From contig NC_068981.1 of assembly GCF_001194135.2 (NCBI RefSeq), forward strand, positions 120,520,843 to 120,584,842: DNA of 64,000 nucleotides, given 5' to 3'. The notes under the pieces were generated by a model. It was not told the origin of the DNA and ran no database searches. It saw only the letters and a program-made list of their open reading frames with translations. Of this stretch, positions 50,895 through 61,584 are shown piece after piece. Source of the stretch: Octopus bimaculoides (Eukaryota). The stretch's first letter is position 1, and each line of letters starts with the position of its first letter. The translations under genes were made by a program, and so were the position numbers.

Positions 50895-51578
50895 ATGATT
50901 TCGTATTTTGGCACAAGGCCAGCAATTTCAGGGGAGGGGATAAGACAATTACATTGACCCGTGTTCAAGTAGTACTTATTTTATTGACCCTGAAAGGATT
51001 TAAAGACAAAGATGACCTCAGCGAAATTTGAACATAAAACATGAAAGAGGATGAAATGCCGCTAAGCATTTTGCCCAACATGCTAATGATTCTGCTAGCT
51101 TGTCACCTTAACAATAATAATACTAATCCTTTCTGCTAAAGGCACAAGGCCTGAAATTTTGGGGAAGGGGACAAGTCATTTGTATCAACCTCATTGTTTC
51201 ACTGGTATTTAATTTAGCAACCCTGAAAAGATGAAAGGCAATGTTGACCTTGGTGGAATTTGAACCCAGGACATAGATGTGCAAAATGCTGCTAAGCATT
51301 TTGCCTGGCAAGCTAATGACTGAGACAGTTTGCTGCCTTAACAACAACAATAATAATGGTTTCAAATTTTGCCACAAGGGCAATAATTTTTGAGGAGGGT
51401 ATGAGTCGATTACATTGGCCCCAGTGTTCAACTGGTACTTATTTTATCGACCCCGAAAAGATAAAAGTCAAAGTTGATTTCAGTGGGATTTGAACTCAGA
51501 ACATAGCAATAGTTCATAGTAAAATACTGCTTAGCATTTCGTCCAGCATGCTAACAATTCTGCCAGCTCATCAACTTA
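50895..51578 (-). mobile_element. Three tandem family-B SINEs
   Basis: Three same-orientation units of about 215 bp separated by (AAT/AAC)n. Confidence 0.85.
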
Positions 51579-52001
51579 ATAATAATAATAACAATAATAA
51601 TAATACTAATAATAATAGTAATATGATGATGATAATGATGAATTGTCTCTTATAAAATAAATAATATATAATGATGATGATGATGATAAAAATTGATATG
51701 TTTGAAATACTGCCAAACTAGACATCTTAATGGCAGATGTCATAAAAGTAATGAGGAACGTGTCACAAATGTGCAGCCTTGTGTTCTTTTATCTTTGAAT
51801 GCAGTTATCTGTTATACACAAAGATATAGACTCAAGATATATAAAGGAGCCAAGAAAAGGTTTGGAAATATAAAAAAAGTCATGCAGATGATTTATTTCA
51901 CTGTATGCTCTTTATATTATAACAAATTCTGGAATAGGAAATTCAGGGAAAATAATACAATAGTTAAGATTAGTATATAGTATGATAATAAGATTCATAA
52001 T

Positions 52002-52174
52002 AGGAGCAGGCATGGCTGTGTGGTAAGAAGTTTGCTTCACAACCATATGGTTCAGGGTTCAGTCCAACTGCATGATGACTTGGGCAAGTGTCATTCACAT
52101 AGTCTTAGGAGTACCAAAGCCTTGTGAGAGAATTTGGTGGACTGAAACACTGAAATTGAAAGAAGCCTGTCATT

Positions 52175-52222
<48 letters not shown>

Positions 52223-52440
52223 ATTAAGGATAAAATCTTTATAAGATTTTATGAAGTAGCTAGCATGTAATGAACCATATAATAAATTATTACACACACA
52301 CACACACACACACATCCAGTTCAGCAAAAGAGACTTTACAAACAAATAAGTACTGGGGTCGATTTGTTCAACTAAAACTAAAATTCTTCAAGGTGGTGCC
52401 TCAGCATGGCCACAGTCTAATGACTGAAACAAGTGAAAGA
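52002..52440 (+). mobile_element. Family-A SINE
   Basis: Head aggagcaggcatggctgtgtgg, long internal (TA)n, tail gaaacaagtgaaag. Confidence 0.8.
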
Positions 52441-53967
52441 CAATGTAAAGTTTGTGTATGTCACATCCAATGGTGAAATAGCTAAACAGATTTCGGGAAA
52501 TCCCCTGAGAATCGAATTACAGTATTAAAGTCATGGCAAAAAACCATGTAAATTCATCAAGTTAATCATTCATAAGACTTATCCTTTTGATAAGTATATC
52601 AGGAAAAATAATCATAAGGTGTATGCTACAAAGCCACATATCAGTGCCAAAAAATATAGAATGAAACAATTGGGTACAGCTATTTGGATGCAAGGCTGAC
52701 TGGACACTGAGCCTGTTTTGGCAGAGGAGGCCACACACACACACAAATGTACATGTGTGCACAGAAATATACACATACAGTTGGAGAGAGTAAAAGAGAA
52801 AGAAAGAGACATTACAATTTATTAATCAAACGCAATGGACATAAACACTTTCCCTCTTGTCATACACATAAAGAGAATTATGTTCACACATATAAACAGA
52901 GAGAGGGTAAGGAAGGAGAGAATGTGAGAAACATTAAAACATCTGATGTCAAATGAGTCTGCACTGAATGAGTGACACCAAAATGACTGTGCCAGAAAGT
53001 GTCACACCTAAAAATATAGCATTCTGTATAAGATGCCAAGAAGAATCATGATCATGTGCAAACTTCCCTGAAACTTATAAAGGAGAAACAGCTTGGAGTG
53101 TAAGTAAAAGGTTCAGTGGACATTGGAACAATAATACAGTAAAAAAGTGCACCTCCGCACTTTACTAATATGCACTAGGTAAAACAAGTGCAGATATATA
53201 AATTTAGCTTTATAATGAAATAAGAAGACATGCAACCAGATCAGGTCTAAATGAGGTAGCATCAGTGTCCTAAGGACAAGTATGCATATCTTCTCTCCAA
53301 AACATTAGTTTTAATGCAAATATAGAAATGTGTGTGCATGAGTGGGCACATAAGTGTGTGTGAGTGTATGAATATGTAAATACATACATTATCATTGTTT
53401 TTATGTCAGTTTTTTTTTTGCATGTTAGCATGGGCTGAATGAGACTTGAAACAGCATTCTTTCTGTAATCAATCCTTTCTTGTAATTAAGGTACTTTAAC
53501 TCATGTTTTCCACATTGAACTACTGAACTAGTAAACATTTTGTTTATGTGAGACACAATTAACATCATAGCTTCTAAAGCAGTGTCAATGTGAAGATATG
53601 CAAAAACCAAAACCAAAACAAAAATAACATACACACACATAAATGAAAACCCGTTATATATATATATATATNNNNNNNNNNNNNNNNNNNNNNNNNNNNN
53701 NNNNNNNNNNNNNNNNNNNNNNNNNNNNNNNNNNNNNNNNNNNNNNNNNNNNNNNNNNNNNNNNNNNNNNNNNNNNNNNNNNNNNNNNNNNNNNNNNNNN
53801 NNNNNNNNNNNNNNNNNNNNNNNNNNTAGAAATATGCTTCATAACCATGTAGTTTGGAGTTCAGTCTCACTGCATGACACCTTAGACAAATACCTTTTAT
53901 TATAGCCGTGGGCTGTAATTGAAGAGTTGAGAGTGAATTTAGGGGACAGAAACTGGAAAGCAGCCTG

Positions 53968-54003
<36 letters not shown>

Positions 54004-54205
54004 CACCCTACTTTTAGATCCTGTGTAAATTAACAAATTTAATTGGCATACAAGTGTCACCACTTCTATGGCATACAAATGTCAATCTTCTATGGAAATA
54101 GGTGAGGATTAGCAAAAAGAAGGGCATCCAGCAGGAGAGAATCTGTCTCAATGAATTCTGAAGAAAAAGTAGATGTTAAAATGATGGTATTTGTGTGTAG
54201 GTACA

Positions 54206-54608
54206 TACTCTTTACTCTTTTACTTGTTTCAGTCATTTGACTGTGGCCATGCTAGAGCACCACCTTTAGTCGAGCAAATCGACCCCAGGACTTATTCTTT
54301 GGATGCCTAGTACTTATTCTATCGGTCTCTTTTGCCGAACCGCTAAGTTACGGGGACGTAAACTCACCAGCATCGGTTGTCAAAGTGATGTTGAGGGGAC
54401 AAACACAGACACACACACATACATATACATATATATACATATATACGACAGGCTTCTTTCAGTTTCCGTCTACCAAATCCACTCACAAGGCTTTGGTCGA
54501 CCTGAGGCTATAGTAGAAGATACTTGCCCAAGTTGCCACGCAGTGGGAATGAACCCAGAACCATGTGGTTGGTAAGCAAGCTACTTACCACACAGCCACT
54601 CCTGCACT
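54206..54608 (-). mobile_element. Family-A SINE, full length, young
   Basis: Very similar to 9990-10389. Confidence 0.9.
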
Positions 54609-55938
54609 ATGTATACAAATCTACATAATTTTGTGTAATATACCATTTTTTAATTAAAACTATGCTTTTACTTTGTACCATAATTGTTAAATAGATCAAC
54701 TTTGCAAGAATCTAAAGTAAAATAGACTTAAATTACCAGCAGATATTCTAAACATGCTTTCATCATAGGTTTGTTCATTCAGAGTCCATCTCAGACTAAA
54801 CAATACCAACAAAGGAGCTTCTTGATCACTCTGAGACAATTTGTAAACAGAGAATGACTGATGTTCCCAAAAGTTTGACACTAACTCACAGGGGGGGAAC
54901 AAATACTCTTGAAAGTACTATTTACTGAAGAAAAAGAAGGAATAATGATCAAAATATAATGAGTATATATACAATACAACTGGAGAAAGAAATTATAGAA
55001 AAGAATTTGAAAGTGACTAAAGACTCATGTGTCAAAAGTTCAAATAACAACAGCCGCTTCAGGTTCAAAATTTTTTTTGAAAAGTGGATAGAAGTCACAA
55101 TTTTCAGGTTCATAAAATCAGATTGGTAACTGACATTCAACAGAACATTTTGACATATCAAGAAACAAATAGAAAATGAAAAGAATTAAAAATGTGAAAT
55201 TCTCTACATCTCTTTTCCTTACAATTCCTTCATTTCAGATTCAAATTTCCAATCCCACCAAATATCATGATGAAAGGGTGATCTCCCTTGCTATAAATGC
55301 AACTGCTAAAGGAAAATATGTAAATATAACAGCATCTTTTGCATGATCCTAAAAGACTAAAATCATTTTTTCATGATGTAATTATTTCAGTTTTAACTCA
55401 TGGTCACAGATCAAGTCATTTGCCAATAAAATATCGCTCTGAAACCTAAACAAATGATTAGTGGCTTAATCAAAGAAGGAAAGGCAGTGTCCATGACCTT
55501 TTACAAGACCTCCAACATTGGTAAAAAGAAGGGAGGAAATTATCTCAATCTAGAGACTGGCCTGAATGCTTGCAATGAAGAAGACCCTGTTAAAGGAACA
55601 ATAAGGGCTGCTGGTAGTAGGAATCTGAGTTGCAGATTAAGCCTACCAACCAAGAACAAAAGCAGTTCCTATGATGGGCTTCCATGCAGTTTCCATAATC
55701 CAAATGTCACCACAAGGCTATGGCTGTCCTGAAGTTATGGTAGAAACTTGTGTAAGGTTCCATGTAGTGGAACTGAACTAAAAAACTACATACTTGCAAA
55801 ATGAACATCTTAACCACACTGCTATGTTTTGTTCATTCAGAGTCCATCTAAGGCTAAACAATAACAATGAAGGAGCTTCTTGATCACTCAACTTGCTAGA
55901 AATAGCAGGCACATCTGAAATCATACCTGCATCTAAAC

Positions 55939-56197
55939 TAGTGGTTCTCAATTGAGGTCCATATGGCCCTTGGGAGTCTATATAGGATTTTGTTATTAAA
56001 GTTTATGTACAATAAATTGGTTATACTTCTACAATACTCCAAATATTTTAACAGCTTTTTAAATATAATTCCTAGTAAAATTTAATTATGAAAATATAAC
56101 AGAATTGTTTTTTAAACATTGGAGGAGTATGAGGGTCTATCTGAGTAAAATAGGTATCAAAGGGCTCCATAGGTAAAAAATGCTTGAGAAAACGCTG
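55939..56197. mobile_element. hAT MITE
   Basis: Ends tagtggttctcaa / ttgagaaaacgctg; perfect TSD ATCTAAAC. Confidence 0.85.
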
Positions 56198-56590
56198 ATC
56201 TAAACAAACAACAATTAACTGCACCTCCATAGTGGACAGCTGAATCGGTGGAGTATCATTAAAATGCCTTGTGATATTTTGTTATGTCCTTTTATATCCT
56301 GCATGCAATTTTTACCTTTCACCCTTTCAGTAATTGATAAAACGAGTACCAGTTATATAATGGTGGTGATTAAATTGAGTAAATTCAGTCTTTAAAATTT
56401 GTGATCTTTTGATTATGTGATAAATAATTAAAACTGAGAGAACAGTACCAATTTAAGATATTAATCTATTGATTTAGAAGAGTAGTTCTGTAACAAAATA
56501 TGACTTTAATACGGTTCATTAAGTTTACCTTTAATGGATAAAATATGTTGTATGTCTCTGTATGTAGTATGTGTATGGTTGTTTATAAAT

Positions 56591-56647
<57 letters not shown>

Positions 56648-56687
56648 TGTGTTTATATATGACATAGAGAGAGAGAGAGAAAGGCAG

Positions 56688-56731
<44 letters not shown>

Positions 56732-56910
56732 ACTGTGTTCATATATGACTCAAAAATAGAGAGAGGGAGAAAGAAATCCTGTGTGTTCATGTATGTCTGA
56801 GAGAGAGAGAAGACAGAGAGAGAAGACAGAGAGAGGAGTGAGAGAGACAGAGACCAAGAGTATGTGTTAATGTTTGCATCTATGAAAAAGGGAAACAGAG
56901 ACAGACATAG

Positions 56911-56947
<37 letters not shown>

Positions 56948-57735
56948 TACAGAGCAGGAGAGAAAAGAGAAAAGAGAACATGAGTAGGAGTATATGCATG
57001 TGTATGTGTGCGTGTGTGAGTATCTGTAATTATAAATCTAATTATATAACCATTAAATTACAATGATGTTGATGATTAACAGTAATGAAGATAGCACATT
57101 TTGATTAAAGTCACCCAGAGATCATGTTTAGTATTTTATAGGTACATTTATATTTTCATTTAATAGCAATTTATATAAAGGTAGAAATGTGAGACAAAGT
57201 ACAGCTGAACTACATGTAAACCATTTGGTCAACAGTTCAAACCTTGGTAGGGCAATTGTGCTCTTGTTGTTGTTTAACCAAGGTTAGCCCTGATTGAGTA
57301 GATCTATGATTAACAATGAACCAAGCATGACCTCTCCATTTTTTATTCATGAAGTGTTTCAAAGGATGATATATTATTCAATGTAAATTTGACCCAACAT
57401 AGCTTTAAAGATAGTAAGTTTGTAATGGGGTAGAGATTAGGTTGCTATTTCTAGCAGGTTGAATGACCACATAGATGTTGGCTTGTAGTGTTGTGTAGAC
57501 GAGAAGACATTTGTCTGCTTGTTTCAGCTTCCTTGGCTCCTCACCAGAGTTGAGTTGTTAGCTGTAGAAAGAGCACTCATCTATGAAAATCCTTGCTTCG
57601 ATAACTTGAAAATGTCCAAATGCAACATTGAATTATCAAAAGTTTCAAAAAATATTAAAAAATAAAAATATTGAATAAAATAAATAATAAAAAAATTTCT
57701 TTACCAGAAAGAGCAAGTTTTCAGAGAAAAGCAGC

Positions 57736-57738
<3 letters not shown>

Positions 57739-57811
<73 letters not shown>

Positions 57812-57910
57812 ATGTGTATATCTATGTATGTGTATACATGTATGTATATATATCTATGTCTATATATATGTATATTTGTATGTATGTGTATATATGTATG
57901 TGTGTATGTA

Positions 57911-57981
<71 letters not shown>

Positions 57982-58030
57982 GTGTATATGTGTATGTATA
58001 GATGTGTGTGTGCATATATATACATACACA
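57739..58030. repeat. Compound (TA)n/(TG)n/(CA)n microsatellite
   Basis: Directly visible; source of the spurious YI/CV ORFs. Confidence 0.95.
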
Positions 58031-58528
58031 TACACATGTATATTATATGATGTGAGTTGCAAAAATAATAGAGTTCCATAATCAATGTTGTAGGCTTGGT
58101 AAGTAGATACACAATGTTTTGATGTTAACTGAGATGCAGCAATTGTGCAACTGCATCGGCTGTGCGTGTGGGTGGGGTGGAGTGGGAAAGAGAACAAATA
58201 ATTGTTAGGAAAAGTGCCTAACATTTTTATGGCTGTGGGCATGGATGGTTGTGTGCTTAAGAAGTTCTCTTTGCAATCATGTGGTCTTAGGTTTGATTCC
58301 ACTGTGTGGCACAAGTTCTATTATAAGCCTTTCAATGACCAACGGTATGCAAATAAAAATGGTAGATAGGAAGATGTGCGGAATCCACTGTGTATGTATA
58401 CGCACACACACATGATAATGATGATATTTATATACTTATATTAGGTGCAGGTGTGGCTGTGTGATAACAAGCTTGTTTCCCAACCACATGGTTCTGGGTT
58501 CACTCCCAGTGCATGGTACCTGGGGTGT

Positions 58529-59050
58529 GTATGTGCATCTTGGTCAAGTAGTGACTATGAGGCGAGAGATTAAGAATGAAATCCCGTGAAGGGTAAGAGG
58601 AGGATGGTGAGTGTTCAACCTGGTGAAGGATGTGCTGAAGTCGAACCTAGACAAGGCAACTCGCACCAGTCTCCTCAACAGCACAGTCTTGCTTGCAATG
58701 CTATACACATGTGAAACTTGGGCTTTGATGAAGAGGCAACAACATCTGCTTATGGCGCAGAGGGCCATGGAAAGGTTGATGCTGGAAATCTTGCTAAGAG
58801 GTCATATCCAGAATGAGATTAGGGATAGAACTGGAGTGAAGGACATGGTCACAGAATACCACCGCACAAAGCTATGATGGGCCAGTCTCATGTAGTGAGG
58901 TTCATAGGCAATCGATGGACCTGTGCAGTTGTCAAGTGGTACCTGCATGAGCAGAAGAGACCAGTTGAAAGACTTCCAATCAGGTGAAAAGATGATTTAA
59001 GAAAGATGTTTTAAGCATGATGTGAACATGAGGGGAATGGAGAAAATGCT
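58529..59050 (+). mobile_element. RTE-clade LINE fragment of a second lineage (RTE-1-like C-terminus)
   Basis: YVHLGQ...LNSTVLLAMLYTCETWAL...AQRAMERLML...KL*WA..HVV..RWT...KRP..R; divergent from the other RTE copies. Confidence 0.8.
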
Positions 59051-59331
59051 GAGAATGTGCTATCTTCATTACTGTTAATCATCAACATCATTGTAATTTA
59101 ATGGTTATATAATTAGATTTATAATTACAGATACTCACAGTCATACACGCACACATACACATGCATATACTCCTACTCATGTTCTCTTTTCTCTCCTGCT
59201 CTGTCGTACATATATATATATATATATGTTTTCTACAATAGCCCTAGGCAGACCAAAGCCTTTTGAGTGGATTTGGTAGACAGAAACTTAAAGAAGTCTA
59301 TTGTGCATATATATATATATATATATATATG

Positions 59332-60268
59332 AATCAGTAAATGGTGGGGTTGTGTTAACCGCACGTGGAGAAATAATAGGAAAATAAAAAATAATAATAA
59401 TAAGGCAGAATGCTAAACTGAAAGCATATTTTAATATAGATGTGCATAAGTAGGATTAAAAAGGATTTCTAACGGCTTTCATTGCATGGCAAATTTTCAA
59501 GAAGAGGGAAAATGAAAATAATGTTTTTTACAAAAATGTATAAAAAAATAAATATACCAATACATTATATTGTCTTTGAGTTTTCAAAGTTCAATGGTAA
59601 TCCATGTAGATAATTGTTAGATAGATTAGGATGCATGGAATTAAGAACGGTGTTGTGTTTAAAAAAAGCTGAGAGTTTGTGTTAAACAGGAAGTGTAGTG
59701 TCAAAACAGGAAGTTTCATTGAATACATATAAATTTACTTCTTGATTCTCTAAGAACAGACATAAACTTCCTGTTGACAAAGAGTCCAGAACTCCAACTA
59801 AAGAGTATAAAACCCACAGAATTGTCTTCCCTTACACACACTTCCTGTTTAACACATAAACTTATTGTTTTTGTATCAATCTGTGTATATAGATCCATAG
59901 TGATCATAATAAAAATTTTATACACTTCCTGTTTTGACACCACACTTCCTGCTTAACACAAACTTTCAGCCCTCTTTTTTTAAACACAACTCTTTATTCC
60001 ATGCATCCTAATCTTCCTAACAATTATCTACATGGATTACAATTGAACTTTAAAAGCTCAAAGACAATATAATGTATTGGTATATTTATGTTTTTATATA
60101 TTTTTAATATTTTTGTAAAAAACATTATTTTCATTTCCCTCTTCTTGAAAATTTGCCATGCAATGAAAGTTGGTTAGAAATCCTATTTAATTCTCCTTAT
60201 GCACATCTGTAATAAAATATGCTTTCAGTTTAGCATTCTGCCTTATTATTATTATTATTTTTTATTTT

Positions 60269-60270
<2 letters not shown>
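59332..60270. repeat. Long fold-back of an unclassified repeat (about 340-bp arms, about 210-bp spacer)
   Basis: 59375-59715 vs reverse complement of 59925-60270, roughly 88-90% identical by eye; (TA)n on both flanks. Confidence 0.85.
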
Positions 60271-60356
<86 letters not shown>

Positions 60357-60628
60357 CATGCTAAGGGCCTATAATCCTTTAAGGGATGTTTGTATCCTAG
60401 TTCTCCGGTCTATACCAGTGTTCAGTGTTCTATAATGTGGCACCCGGCAAAGCTGGGTATAAACAAAAATTGAAGTATTATCCTAAAAATATGCACATCA
60501 GTATCTCTAACAACATGGATACCAGGAATAGGAATAAGGATAGGGTAGGTAAGTTTAAATGTCCAAATAAGAATAGTTATTGACCATAACTATTGTGCAC
60601 AAACATGGATGATGTGATACTATACTAT

Positions 60629-60756
60629 GATATTGTTGTATTTGGGGATGGTCATGTTGCCAGTTTAGCCAATTGCTTAGTTCCTTATAGATCTTATTCT
60701 TTATATTCACCATTGGCTAAACTGGCAACATGACCATCCCCAAATACAACAATATC
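60629..60756. repeat. Perfect 45-bp inverted repeat with a 38-nt loop
   Basis: gatattgttgtatttggggatggtcatgttgccagtttagccaat and its exact reverse complement. Confidence 0.95.
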
Positions 60757-61584
60757 TGTTTCAATACAAGATTTCAGATCAAGAATCTTGCAAAACAAAT
60801 ATATAAAAAATATAATATGATAATTAATAAGCAGATTTTGATGTCATATTTTTTTTGTTGGGTTTCATATTTTAACAAATGCACACACAATTACATGATT
60901 GTTACCGCTCTCTCTCTCACTCTCTATAACACCTAGTTCACCTTAACTGCATCACCACCACCAATAACAACTATGTATTACAAACACATGCACACAACTA
61001 TATCATACATATTTGTTTATATGTATATATACTAATAATGGTGTCTTTAATATATACATTACCAAAATGCACACATTTGAGTCTGTCAAGGGTTGACCAA
61101 CACGGAATGTAGCTCCTTTCTGGAAATTCTCCCCTGATGAAATACCCATTAACCAGTTTCAATACGAAAATTTTAAATTAATTTAATTTAAGTTCTTTAA
61201 TTGAATGAATTAAACATGGAAATAGCTGTAGGGATAAGAATTTCATATTACATTGATTTGAATAAACTGATGTCTATATGTCAATTTCTCTATTTTCTTC
61301 TTTTTCTCATATATATATATATATATATGATGTACGGTGAATTTATGGAAATAAGTCCCATAAAACTCATCAATTTAATGAGACTTCTTTCTACAAATTC
61401 ACCACACATCATATGCAAGTATTACTTTCATATCTTCGCAAATGTACACCTGTAAACAACCAGCAAAATATGAAGAATCAACATTAGAAATCTTTTTTAG
61501 AAACCGCCAAATTAAAAGACGAATATACGTTCAACCTTTTTAGCAAGGGCATCTACCCATAAAAACCTTTCCAAAGCAGACAGT

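Larger units (their letters stand above)
6572..53826. other. Assembly gaps: 6572-7413, 14133-14318, 15696-16419, 24252-25050, 37566-37798, 53672-53826
   Basis: Runs of N, each bordered on at least one side by a microsatellite or a young RTE sequence. Confidence 0.99.
56944..59209. repeat. About 157-bp inverted duplication (56944-57100 / 59054-59209)
   Basis: Near-identical reverse complements with a few substitutions and short indels. Confidence 0.9.

Noticed and set aside
52970-53300. Possible pogo-type HTH start (MPRR...SLKLIKEKQLGV)
   Set aside because: Frameshifted, no confirmed TIR pair; too weak to call.
3737-60435. Numerous ORF-track entries rich in YI/HT/CV/RE/SL repeats or X
   Set aside because: Translations of (TA)n, (CA)n, (GA)n microsatellites or N-gaps; not genes.
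61134-61169. CTGATGA...GAAA hammerhead-like spacing
   Set aside because: Stem II cannot pair (AATAC/AATAC) and there is no stem III.
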